Below are positions 1-9,485 of a stretch of 22,710 bases of DNA, in pieces; positions within the stretch are counted from its first letter, which is position 1; each line of letters begins with the position of its first letter. Below the pieces are notes generated by a model, which was not told the DNA's origin, searched no databases, and saw nothing but the letters and a program-made list of their open reading frames with translations. The translations under genes and the position numbers were made by a program. The stretch is from Anaerohalosphaeraceae bacterium (lineage in GTDB: Bacteria; Planctomycetota; Phycisphaerae; Sedimentisphaerales; Anaerohalosphaeraceae). The DNA is taken from positions 1-22,710 of the forward strand of contig JBNRMN010000012.1 of the NCBI GenBank assembly GCA_050309605.1, read 5' to 3'.

Positions 1-3000
1 GTCGGTGCATTGCGCCGTTCCAGAGAGGCTTTTCGCCAATACGGGTGATCGGGATTAAATGGATAACCCGTCAACGCCGAGTGATATTCAATCTGTCCGC
101 TACCGATGAGACTGTACGTCGCATCTACAAACTCAAATGGCGTATTATTGGCAAAATCATCGGTAAAGCACCAGTAATGCATCAGCGTCAGCGGTTCAAA
201 GTGTGCCGTCAGCGAGATATCGCTGCTGAGGCTTCCCGTGAGGATCGGAGAATTGACTCTGCTCTCATCCACTGGCCCTTCCCAATGCGAAAACCGATAG
301 CCCGGCTCGGCCACCGCTGTAACCGTAATCGGCACATCTTCAAAATACAGACCGCTCCAGGGATACGGCGATTCGGTATTGACGCCCGGCGTTCGGGCAT
401 TGATGTCGGTGCGATTGACGCGAATAAATCCCTGTTCGCTGTCGGATACATCCAGGGTCAACTGCCGATCCTGTCCCAGTCCGAAAAAGTTGCGAAGATG
501 CGTTCGTGCATAGCCGGGACGCTGATGGGCAAAATTGCGCATGACATTGACCTGGTTATTCCAGTCATTGAGGCTGCCGGGCCGTCCCCATCGCGCAAGA
601 TGGTTCGGCATCTCCGCAGCAATCGCCGCCTGCATCCGATCAATCACGCCAACCACTCTTTCCGGCAGAAACGCCGTGTTGAGCAGATCCGCATACCGAT
701 TGATAAAATCTGTCTTGAACGTTTGGTTTTCCAGCAGTTTGCGCAGCAGATAGGTCGCCCATTGCGGATTGTTCCATGCATCCGACACCGTTGTGGCATA
801 GGCGAGCGTGTTATTTGTATAACCGCCGGAATGACCGAATCCGAAATCCGTATCAAACAGCATCCATCGCCAGCGACCGTCATGGCCGTACGGCGCATCC
901 GGCTCATAGGCATCGGTCCGTTTACGCCACCAGTCGTTATTATTGCCGGGCCAGTCGGTGTTGTTGAAGTAAATCTGGCAAACGTTATTGTCGATGAAAT
1001 TATCCGTATCTATGCGCGTCTGAATATAAGCATAATGCGCCGGATCGGACAACCCATTGGCTTCAATATAATCGAGTGTTTGATCATAATGCAGTGCATC
1101 GCCCCGTTTGACCTGGTGGTCCCTGATATGCGCTATAAATTCCAGAATATCCAGCTCTTCCGGATCGACGCCGTATTTGTAATGCAGAAAATATTTGTCA
1201 AAACGTTCACGAAAATTATGCAGCCCCCAGTACTGGCCGTTAAAATACACCGCCGCCGGCTGATACGCCTGCGTATCGATCGGCAAATGGCTGACAAGGG
1301 CCTGCATCATCGCATCACGGAAAAACGTTTGTGCGTTATCGTTGCCGGAGTTGCGCAGAATCAACCGCTTGAAAACCTCCACGTTATGCTCGGGGAAGAT
1401 CGGATAATCGAATTCGCCTTTTCCGTACCCGGCCCGTGCATACAGACGCAGCGCCTTTTGCGGAAAATTGCGCGTCCAGCCGCCGTGAATACGAACACCG
1501 ATGTCCTGTGCCAGCACAACAGTCCCTTCCGTATCAAACAGCGTCAAATGAGCCGGGCGCTCCCACAAAGAGCCTTTCAAATCATAAGTCGGCGTGCCGA
1601 ACAAATCGCGATTCTGACCAGCCACATAAATACCGTTCTCGTATCCGAACAAGTCCGGCTCTTGAAACGTCAGATTTACCACCGGCAGTGTATGGGGCGG
1701 CGGCACGGCCTCCAAAAAATAGGTTGACGTGACCGTCTCGGAGGGAATATAGCCGTCTCGATACGTCCGCGCACGAAGGACGCTGACAGGCGCTCGGTCG
1801 GCATCCTGCGGAAGCGTCGGCAACCCGCTGTACAGCAGCGTTCCGTCCAGTGAACGCACCTCGATATTCCGATAGCGCGCCTGCGTTCGCCAGGTGCCGA
1901 CACCGACTTGACCGGCAAGATAGGGGCTGCCCGTTCGATCGGTAAAATCAAAAATCAAATCATCATTCAGCCAGCAGCGTATGCGCCTGTCTTGACAGCG
2001 CACACGAATGTCATACCACTGATTGGTATTGACGCTGCCGCCAACGCGATCAACAAAAATATACCAACTGCCGTCATCGCGTCCTTTTTCGATTCCGTGG
2101 AGGGTGTTGCTCCAGCCGCCGTAATTGACAAAATAATAGCGATTACCGTTCGCGCGGAAGAAAATCAGAAAGCCTTCATAGCCATCGGTCTTTTGTGCCT
2201 CAAGCGTTAATTCATAATTCGTCCAGCTCGTATCGCCGAACATCAAGCGAATATTGTCGGCCAATGAGCTTTGAACCAGTTCATCGCCATCGATGGACCA
2301 GTTATAACTCGGCGTTGACGGTCCGGAGCTGTTTTCGGTGTTGATTGTTGCCAGCCCGTCAGGCGACAATGCGTCGGCGTCAATGGTTACACTGTCCGTA
2401 TATAAATAGCTGCGCGAATCGCGATACAGCATTTCGCCGTTGGGATATTGGTTCGTGTAACCATACGGCGTACCTTCCAGGTTGGTCGGATCGGGAACGG
2501 AACCGTCCAGTGTGTAATAAATCGCCGCGTCGGGATCATCTGCGCTCAGCAGCAACTGGAAAGGATCGGCATAAAAACCGGATGGATGGGAAACCTCAGG
2601 CGCCGCTGCAATCCCCGCATACGACGGCGAAGCTGTATTGTTCGTCTGCGGCGTAGGTTCCGTAAAATATCCCCATATCGGTCCGCCGTCCTCCACACGC
2701 CCGTAAGAAACGTCGCGAATGAGCGCGACCGGTTCAACCAAATCCATGACAGTATCGTCCGGAGCAGTCAGCTGAATCGGTTCGCCGTCAGAATTGATTG
2801 AAAAATTCGTGTGCAGTTGCGTGGATTTCACAAAAAGACGGCTGCCCGGAATAGGCTCTTCCATCACACCGTTGGGCAATTGCCACCGTACCGCCAGATG
2901 ATCGCCGCCGACATCCTCTTTCATCAGCGCACAGATGTAATAGTATTGACCTTCCTGAAGATATATCGGATCAGACTCCTGAGCCTCCGGGTAACGGTCC

Positions 3001-3656
3001 CAGTGCCTCGGATAGTCGCTCCAGCCAGAACCGGGAATTTCGGCAATCGCCGTCATGTTAGCCGGTTCATCATCCGAGCTTAAATACAGACGCGAACCGT
3101 TGTCGCCGGAGATCCAGAAGGTATAATAACCGGAAATCGGCGGCAGAATATAGCCGTGCATCCGCTGACCGTAGTGGTCGGCAATATTGGTCGGCGCCTC
3201 AAAATAGTCCGTCACCAGATTCTGAGTGGTCGGACTATCGGGGAAACTGGGATGGTTGATCAGATCCTCGACCGTGCCGCCGGAAATCTCCATATAAACC
3301 TGCCGCAGAATACCGTTCCGATAGGTATTCTGATCGGGGCGGCGGTCTTTACCGGATGCCCAGATCAACAGATACTGGCCGGGATCAATCACAACATCGG
3401 GAAATGTCCACCGAAAGGGACGATCCACACCATCAGACAACCCCCATCCGGCCAGATTGACCGCTTCGCCGCCGGCATTGTACAGCTCGATCCAGTCCTC
3501 ACAATCGCCGTCCTCATCGGCGATTGTCCCGCCGTTGGAGGCCATAAACTCATTGATGACAACCGTATCCGAAAACGCAGGACAAGGCGCCCACAAGGTG
3601 AACCAAAACACCACCGACATAAAAAGTGTGCTTATTCGCAATATCTTATTCTCCAC
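1..3656 (-). CDS. Secreted lamin-tail-domain / CotH kinase family protein with inserted PA14 and LamG/DUF1080-like domains (3' end beyond window start)
   Basis: Not in the ORF track because no stop occurs in the window. Translated by hand from GTG 3656 (alternative ATG 3620): hydrophobic signal peptide, LTD 'VVINEFMASNG...DWIELYN...WASGKDR', PA14-like 'YGQRMHGYILPPISGYYTFWISGDN...GGDHLAVRWQ', 'IYYTLDGSVP', CotH 'RIHGGWTR...LILRNSGND...NTDWPGNN...DGRWRWMLFDTDFG'. Colinear with the 3696..9260 paralog; frame still open at base 3. Confidence 0.9.
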   Translation of the reverse strand, partial: MENKILRISTLFMSVVFWFTLWAPCPAFSDTVVINEFMASNGGTIADEDGDCEDWIELYNAGGEAVNLAGWGLSDGVDRPFRWTFPDVVIDPGQYLLIWASGKDRRPDQNTYRNGILRQVYMEISGGTVEDLINHPSFPDSPTTQNLVTDYFEAPTNIADHYGQRMHGYILPPISGYYTFWISGDNGSRLYLSSDDEPANMTAIAEIPGSGWSDYPRHWDRYPEAQESDPIYLQEGQYYYICALMKEDVGGDHLAVRWQLPNGVMEEPIPGSRLFVKSTQLHTNFSINSDGEPIQLTAPDDTVMDLVEPVALIRDVSYGRVEDGGPIWGYFTEPTPQTNNTASPSYAGIAAAPEVSHPSGFYADPFQLLLSADDPDAAIYYTLDGSVPDPTNLEGTPYGYTNQYPNGEMLYRDSRSYLYTDSVTIDADALSPDGLATINTENSSGPSTPSYNWSIDGDELVQSSLADNIRLMFGDTSWTNYELTLEAQKTDGYEGFLIFFRANGNRYYFVNYGGWSNTLHGIEKGRDDGSWYIFVDRVGGSVNTNQWYDIRVRCQDRRIRCWLNDDLIFDFTDRTGSPYLAGQVGVGTWRTQARYRNIEVRSLDGTLLYSGLPTLPQDADRAPVSVLRARTYRDGYIPSETVTSTYFLEAVPPPHTLPVVNLTFQEPDLFGYENGIYVAGQNRDLFGTPTYDLKGSLWERPAHLTLFDTEGTVVLAQDIGVRIHGGWTRNFPQKALRLYARAGYGKGEFDYPIFPEHNVEVFKRLILRNSGNDNAQTFFRDAMMQALVSHLPIDTQAYQPAAVYFNGQYWGLHNFRERFDKYFLHYKYGVDPEELDILEFIAHIRDHQVKRGDALHYDQTLDYIEANGLSDPAHYAYIQTRIDTDNFIDNNVCQIYFNNTDWPGNNNDWWRKRTDAYEPDAPYGHDGRWRWMLFDTDFGFGHSGGYTNNTLAYATTVSDAWNNPQWATYLLRKLLENQTFKTDFINRYADLLNTAFLPERVVGVIDRMQAAIAAEMPNHLARWGRPGSLNDWNNQVNVMRNFAHQRPGYARTHLRNFFGLGQDRQLTLDVSDSEQGFIRVNRTDINARTPGVNTESPYPWSGLYFEDVPITVTAVAEPGYRFSHWEGPVDESRVNSPILTGSLSSDISLTAHFEPLTLMHYWCFTDDFANNTPFEFVDATYSLIGSGQIEYHSALTGYPFNPDHPYWRKASLERRNAP

Positions 3657-3695
3657 GAGTATTAACAGGCCGCATTCTAAAATTCCATTATCTTC

Positions 3696-6600
3696 TTATT
3701 CCCTCAGCCAGTTCTCGGCCAAAAACAGCACATCCAACAGATCGACAACGCCGTCGCCGCCGGGCGGCGCGATATCCGCCGACGGGATGCCGGGGGCATT
3801 CAGCCATTGAGCCGCCAAAATCGTAAAATCATCCATATCCACGTACCCGCTTTGATTGATGTCTGCGGGATTGGAGTCGCGAATAAATTCCACATAGTGA
3901 AGCGAAGCCGTAGAGGTATTCAGACTAAATCGCAACACCTGGTTTTCGCCGCCGGCCAGATACACATTGGGTACGACGGTACTCTTCCAGTTGTTCCACG
4001 AGCCTGTGCTCGGCAGGTTCAGCACCGCCACCGTTTGTCCATTCTGTGAGAGCGTAAATTGCTGAGCGATGAAGGCGCTGCTGCTGCGAACCACAACCGT
4101 ATAGTGACCCGGCTGAATAGAACAGGTATATTCCAGCCATTCGCCGATCTCGGCATAGACGGCAAAGCCCGGTTGTCCCCCGTCATTAATGCCCATAATA
4201 TCCACCGCCTCGTCAAGGCGATATTGACCGTAACCGTTGATGTTTGTTCTGTCCAGATATGAAATGTGCTGGCCGCCAATATCATAATTCTCAAAGTCAA
4301 TACGGCCGGGAATCGACATGGGAGTGCCCAAATAAGGCCGCCGATTCTGGAAATCAATCCAATTCAGACGAAAGTGTGAGCCGATAAATTCAACTTTGAG
4401 CACAGCGTCCTCTCGGTCGGGCAGAGGCTGACAAGGCGCTGAGACGGTTTGCCATGTCGTCAGCGAACCGGTGTAGGGCACCTCAATAGTTGCCAGCAGT
4501 TCATTGTCCAGTCGAACACGAATTTGACCGCCGGCCTGAGTGGACGCCACCCGCGCATAAATGTCCGTTTGTGCGGCGGCGCTGTTGACGGTATAAAGCA
4601 GCCATTCGCCGTCCTCGATGTCGCTGATCGCATAACCGGCAAAGGCATCCGTCACGCTGCTGATATCTACATCCACATCCTGTCTGAAGGCGCCGCCGCT
4701 GTTACCGGGCGTCGTATCATAATAGCTGGCGCCCTGCCTTCCGATATCAAACCGTTCGGCCTGAATGCGGCCGGGCAGGCGGTGCGGCTGTCCGTCGTAA
4801 GGAAACGTCGGCAGTGTCACTGCGATGTCATCCAGGCGCAACTGCGACCGCTTGCCGCTGTCACCGTCCGCATGATAATACCGCCACAGCAATTGCACAT
4901 AGGGTTTGCCCACCGCCGCGTCCGGCAGCCGAATCGAATCAAACGGCTGGCTATGGCCGTCTTCCATGGCCAGGTACTCGACCGGTTGGCCCGCTTCCAT
5001 CAGATCGACAAAATCACCGGTATGCCCGATCCGGTATTGAAGCCGAATGGCATACCGCCGTTCATAACGCCATATCGTTTCGCACAGCCAGTTCAGCTCG
5101 ACCGCTTCAACCGACCGCGTATCCAGCGCCAGCAGCGCACCGCCCAAATCGCGGTCGCGTCCTGTGTTGATAAATGAGATGCCGTCCTGGCCCAAACCGT
5201 TCAGCCGCGAGCGGCCGGTCGCCATATACGGAAATCCGATAATGTCCTGATCGTCCTCATGATACCCGTCCTCGCCGTCGTGTGGAATAAAATAGGCGTA
5301 TTCGAGCGGCGTTTCCGGGCCGGGATCGGAGGTGTTGCTTTGCAGAAACAGCATATGTTCCGGGAACGTATGCTCCGGCTGGTCGGGCGACCACTGACCA
5401 AAGGAAAAATTCCCTTCGCTGAGCGGATGCGCCGTGGGGTAAACCAGCAGCTTAAACCCAATTTCCAGCGGCGGATTATGCCCGTCATCAGCGATGATCG
5501 TGATGAACATATCGCCGCGATACATCGCGGTTACGGCCAGCAGACTTCCGGAGATGGTCGCCTCGGCCACCTGCGGCTTGTTCGTCTGAACGTCAAACGT
5601 CAGCGTATCGTCATCCGGATCGGCAAAATACCCGGCCAGATCCATACTCCCGGAAGCCTCTTCAATCAGTACCCGATCCGGCATGTGTGCGATCAGCTTC
5701 GGAGGCTGATTGGTCCCGGGCATCGGTGTTCCCTCCAGTGTGATATTATCAAAACGGTTATTGCCCGCCGTTCCGCCGTCGGCCTGGGCAAATGTGATGC
5801 GGACCGCAAACTGCGGGTTGTTATCCACACCAGCCGTCTCGGTTAAGTCAAATGTGTGCAGCACGGGATCATCGTCATACACGGCGTAGGTTTCAAAAGG
5901 AATGAAAGTCTGGCCGTCGATGCTGTAAGACAGCGTCTGCTCACCGGCGCCCTGTCCCGACCGCCGGGTTTCAAACATCAGCACGATTTGCTCATAGCCG
6001 GTCGTCGGCAGGTTCAGCGTCAGGGCCGCGTCAAGCGGATTGTTGATGCGCAGATGCGACCCGACCGGCTCACCCAGCCGATTGTTTTCGCCGTTAAAAT
6101 CCTGTCCGGTTCCGCTGACCACTTCGGCTGTCGAACCGATGGCGGCGGTCGCCGCCGCTCCGCCGAGCGTGTACCGTGGCGACAACAGCGCTGCGGTGTC
6201 GTTAAAACTCCAGTAATGCATCAGCGCCGCGGATTCAAAAACCGCCGTCACGGACACGTTGCTTGTCATCGGCAATGTCAGCGTGTCTGAAAACGGATCG
6301 CTGCCCGCCGGTGCATTCACCCAATGCGAAAATCGATATCCCTGACGCGGCACGGCCCGCACTGTCACCGGGACATTGCGATAATACTCACCCGTCCAGG
6401 GGTACGGTGCGCTCGGCGAATTCAGCCCCGGCGTGTCGGCATCGATCACAATGCTGTTGACCTGAACATGTCCCCAGTCGGTGTTGCGCGAGACGGTTAC
6501 GGTTCGCGTCCCGGACAAACCAAACCCATCCAGAAGAAAACTGCGCATATAACCCGGACGCTGCGAAGCGAACGTCTTCATCTCGCCGCCGCTGCTGATG

Positions 6601-9260
6601 GAAACACTCCAGCGGTTGTTGTGCTCCGGCCGCGAAGATAAAAGACGTGCGTTGTAGGCGTCGATCAGCGCGTGAACATGCGCAGGTCTAAACGACGTAT
6701 TCATCAAATCCGCCATCGCATTGATGAAAGTATTGCGAAATTGCGTGTTGCGCCGCAGGCGATTAAACAGCGTATTGGTCAATCCCCGGTCGGTACTGCT
6801 CATCACACGGCTCAGCGAGTTGTTCGCATAACTGCCATGCAAACCCATCCCGAAATCGGTGTCATACAGCAGCCACCGCCAGCGTCCGTCATGGCCGTAG
6901 GGTGCATTCGGCTCATACGTTTCGGTGCGCTTGCGCCACCAGTCAATATTGTTGTGCGGCCAGTCGGTATTGTCATAATACACCTGGATGGCATAATACA
7001 GCGCCAAATTGTCCGTATCCACGCGCTGCTGAAGCCAGTTGTAATGTGCCGTCTGAGCGGGATCGTTGTTGAGCGCGTACGACACCGTATCGGTAAAATG
7101 ATCCCGATCCGATGGAAAACCGGTATCCACTTGCCCATGGCCGTAAGTTAAAATCACCACATCATCGGAGTTAACACCGTAATGTCCCTCGATATACTCG
7201 TTGTCATACCGCTCACGAATATTGATCATTCCCCAATACTCGCCGTTGATAAAGTGCACCGCCGGTCGATACGCCATCGTATCAATCGGCAAATGCCGAA
7301 CCAGATGATGCATCAGCGCATCGCGAAAATACGTCCTGTCAAAATCGTTGCCGGAATTACGCAATATCAGACGACGAAACGTGGTCAGCGGCTCGCCGGG
7401 CTGTCCGCGTTTTTCCAGCCCGTCAAAAAACGGAAACTCAAACGCATTGTCGTCGTCATACTCGCTGCGGGCGTATAGTCGAATTGACTTGGGAACCCAT
7501 CCTCGGCTCCATCCGCCGTGGATGCGCGCGCCGATGTTCTGGCTCAGCAGCGGCGTTCCGTCGGCATCGAACATTTCAAAATGGGCCGGGCGCTCCCATT
7601 CGTAACCGCGCATGTGATAATTGGCCGGTTGGCCCGCATTCCAGCCGGCGCCGGGGTTACTGAGTCGCCACTGATCGCCGACATAACCGGCCACGTAAAT
7701 GCCGTTGTAGTAATCGAAAAAATTGGCTTCATCAGTGACCACCGAGATCACCGGCAGCGCATAGCGGGCCTTGATATCGGGGTTGACAAAATACGTATGT
7801 GTCGCGCTGCGGCCGGGGATGGCATTGTCCTTATAGGCCCGCGCTCGCACCACCGTTCCTTTGAAAATGTTGCTTTGCGGAAGCCGGGTTGAATAGGAAA
7901 ACTCCGTGTTGATGGTCGCAAGCTGATAGGCCTGCGGCGACCGGTCCGTAATCGTCAGCGGCGAGGTGTATTGATATGTGCGTCTCTGGCGATAGAGAAA
8001 CGGTCCCAGCGACGTATCGCCTGGACTATGAGGATAGCGATTTTTGTAGCTGTAGGTTTTACCGTTCAGATTGGCCGGGTCCGGCTCGGAGCCATCCAGT
8101 GTATAGTATAGGGTGACTTCCGGATCATCATAGCTCAGCGCCAATTCGAACGGCTCGGTATAAAAACCGCCCTGACGCGAAAATGTCGGCTCGGCCAGCA
8201 CTTCGAGATACCACTGAGACTCGCTGTTGCTCGCTGCCGGCGTCGGTTCGGTAAAAAAGCCCCATACGTCCCCGCCGTCCGAGGCCCGGCCGTAGGAGAT
8301 ATCCCGCGGAACCACCGTGGGCGGCACTTCGTCAGCCGTTGTTCCATCCGGACGGGTCAGTATCAACGGCTCGCCGTCGGCGGAAATGGAGAAATTGGTA
8401 TGCGGGTTTGATTCGAACACATTCGCCAGCAGCCGCAGATCAAACGCCATATCGCTGCTGGTCGGCGAGGTCTGGTGCACCTCCACCGCCAGCACATTCT
8501 CGCCCGACACCAAGGCGTCGGCGGAAACTTCATAATGCGTCCAGCTCGGCCACTGAGCCACATAGGTCGGCGTTGTCGTCAAATAGGTGATCTGCCCGGC
8601 CGGCATATTTTCGCGCGCAATCTCCGTTCCGTTCAAATAAACAACCGCTCCGTCGTCTATCCACAGCGACAGCAGCAGTGAAGCTGCCGGCCCCATATCC
8701 GATACAGAAAAATGCCTGCGAAAATAAGTCGTAATATGCTTATTGTTAGAATTGTCGCCGTAACTGACGGTGGTCGCAACATACGGGGTGTCATCCCGCT
8801 CAGCCGGGTAACCCAGCGGCGCCGGGCCTGAGGCCCAGGCGGAATCATCAAACGCCGGGTCGCGCCATGACGTGCCCTGGTTGGAACCATCATCGAGGTA
8901 TTTCCACTCAGAACCGGCCGTGACAATGACTTCTTCGCGAGTCGTCGAGCCGTAATATCTGTCTTTTCCGCTGGCCCAGACCAACAAATACCCCTCCGGC
9001 TCAATCACCCCGTCCGAAAATATCCAGCGATAAGGTCTTTCAGGATCATCCGACAGCCCCCACCCGCCCAGATTCACCGGCTCAGGACCGGCATTGTACA
9101 ACTCAATCCAGTCCGGAAAATCGCCGTCGTCATCGGCGACCGTGCTGCCGTTTGAGGCCATAAATTCATTGATGACAATATGTTGTGAAAAACAAAGACC
9201 CCCGAACAAAAACACCGTAAGCACTGTTGCAATGAAGCGTCCCGAGCAAAAATAAGTCAT
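3696..9260 (-). CDS. Giant secreted multidomain protein (1854 aa): LTD, jelly-roll insert, FN3-associated/chitobiase-like, CotH kinase, Ig-like, 2x CBM6-like, C-terminal dockerin-like domain
   Basis: Signal peptide; LTD 'IVINEFMASN...DWIELYN'; 'YYTLDGSEP'; CotH motifs 'LILRNSGND', 'NTDWPHNN', 'WRWLLYDTDFG'; duplicated 'PGRI.xE.(F/Y)D.G.Q..SY.D...GEWL.YT...P.TGS...W' CBM6-like modules; terminal duplicated Ca-loop 'ADINQSGYVDMDD...ADIAPPGGDGVVDLLD'. Confidence 0.92.
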   Translation of the reverse strand: MTYFCSGRFIATVLTVFLFGGLCFSQHIVINEFMASNGSTVADDDGDFPDWIELYNAGPEPVNLGGWGLSDDPERPYRWIFSDGVIEPEGYLLVWASGKDRYYGSTTREEVIVTAGSEWKYLDDGSNQGTSWRDPAFDDSAWASGPAPLGYPAERDDTPYVATTVSYGDNSNNKHITTYFRRHFSVSDMGPAASLLLSLWIDDGAVVYLNGTEIARENMPAGQITYLTTTPTYVAQWPSWTHYEVSADALVSGENVLAVEVHQTSPTSSDMAFDLRLLANVFESNPHTNFSISADGEPLILTRPDGTTADEVPPTVVPRDISYGRASDGGDVWGFFTEPTPAASNSESQWYLEVLAEPTFSRQGGFYTEPFELALSYDDPEVTLYYTLDGSEPDPANLNGKTYSYKNRYPHSPGDTSLGPFLYRQRRTYQYTSPLTITDRSPQAYQLATINTEFSYSTRLPQSNIFKGTVVRARAYKDNAIPGRSATHTYFVNPDIKARYALPVISVVTDEANFFDYYNGIYVAGYVGDQWRLSNPGAGWNAGQPANYHMRGYEWERPAHFEMFDADGTPLLSQNIGARIHGGWSRGWVPKSIRLYARSEYDDDNAFEFPFFDGLEKRGQPGEPLTTFRRLILRNSGNDFDRTYFRDALMHHLVRHLPIDTMAYRPAVHFINGEYWGMINIRERYDNEYIEGHYGVNSDDVVILTYGHGQVDTGFPSDRDHFTDTVSYALNNDPAQTAHYNWLQQRVDTDNLALYYAIQVYYDNTDWPHNNIDWWRKRTETYEPNAPYGHDGRWRWLLYDTDFGMGLHGSYANNSLSRVMSSTDRGLTNTLFNRLRRNTQFRNTFINAMADLMNTSFRPAHVHALIDAYNARLLSSRPEHNNRWSVSISSGGEMKTFASQRPGYMRSFLLDGFGLSGTRTVTVSRNTDWGHVQVNSIVIDADTPGLNSPSAPYPWTGEYYRNVPVTVRAVPRQGYRFSHWVNAPAGSDPFSDTLTLPMTSNVSVTAVFESAALMHYWSFNDTAALLSPRYTLGGAAATAAIGSTAEVVSGTGQDFNGENNRLGEPVGSHLRINNPLDAALTLNLPTTGYEQIVLMFETRRSGQGAGEQTLSYSIDGQTFIPFETYAVYDDDPVLHTFDLTETAGVDNNPQFAVRITFAQADGGTAGNNRFDNITLEGTPMPGTNQPPKLIAHMPDRVLIEEASGSMDLAGYFADPDDDTLTFDVQTNKPQVAEATISGSLLAVTAMYRGDMFITIIADDGHNPPLEIGFKLLVYPTAHPLSEGNFSFGQWSPDQPEHTFPEHMLFLQSNTSDPGPETPLEYAYFIPHDGEDGYHEDDQDIIGFPYMATGRSRLNGLGQDGISFINTGRDRDLGGALLALDTRSVEAVELNWLCETIWRYERRYAIRLQYRIGHTGDFVDLMEAGQPVEYLAMEDGHSQPFDSIRLPDAAVGKPYVQLLWRYYHADGDSGKRSQLRLDDIAVTLPTFPYDGQPHRLPGRIQAERFDIGRQGASYYDTTPGNSGGAFRQDVDVDISSVTDAFAGYAISDIEDGEWLLYTVNSAAAQTDIYARVASTQAGGQIRVRLDNELLATIEVPYTGSLTTWQTVSAPCQPLPDREDAVLKVEFIGSHFRLNWIDFQNRRPYLGTPMSIPGRIDFENYDIGGQHISYLDRTNINGYGQYRLDEAVDIMGINDGGQPGFAVYAEIGEWLEYTCSIQPGHYTVVVRSSSAFIAQQFTLSQNGQTVAVLNLPSTGSWNNWKSTVVPNVYLAGGENQVLRFSLNTSTASLHYVEFIRDSNPADINQSGYVDMDDFTILAAQWLNAPGIPSADIAPPGGDGVVDLLDVLFLAENWLRE

Positions 9261-9324
9261 TCTTCACCCCATTTGTAGGATATATTTAATACCAACGCCA
9301 TATCACCCTATCGTCGGTTTATAC

Positions 9325-9361
9325 TTAAACTTAGTTTAACAGATCGTGCCCAAAAAATCAA
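9325..9361 (-). promoter_or_regulatory. Putative sigma70 promoter for the CotH genes with overlapping palindrome
   Basis: Minus strand TTGATT (9361-9356), 17-nt spacer, TAAACT (9338-9333) preceded by TGn; palindrome TTAAACT-T-AGTTTAA at 9325-9339 overlaps the -10. Confidence 0.45.
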
Positions 9362-9415
9362 CTATTTTATCATTTAGCGAACCCCCTGTTTTATCAAGCA
9401 AATGCACAAAAAGAA

Positions 9416-9443
9416 TTGACATTGCCGTGTCATTCGCTAAGTT
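9416..9443 (+). promoter_or_regulatory. Putative sigma70 promoter of the HAD gene
   Basis: TTGACA (9416-9421), 16-nt spacer, TAAGTT (9438-9443); AAAGGA SD before ATG 9486. Confidence 0.4.
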
Positions 9444-9485
9444 TTACAGTTCTTTTTAAGGTTGAAACGCAGAAAAGGACAATAA

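Noticed and set aside
45..1727. 560-aa plus-strand ORF and other plus-strand ORFs within 1-9260
   Set aside because: Antisense shadows of the CotH genes (the 560-aa ORF shares their codon register); no recognisable motifs.
3657..3698. The two CotH genes are in frame and separated by one TAA, suggesting readthrough or a split gene
   Set aside because: The upstream protein ends in a complete terminal domain and the downstream one has its own signal peptide; an in-frame 39-nt gap arises easily by chance.
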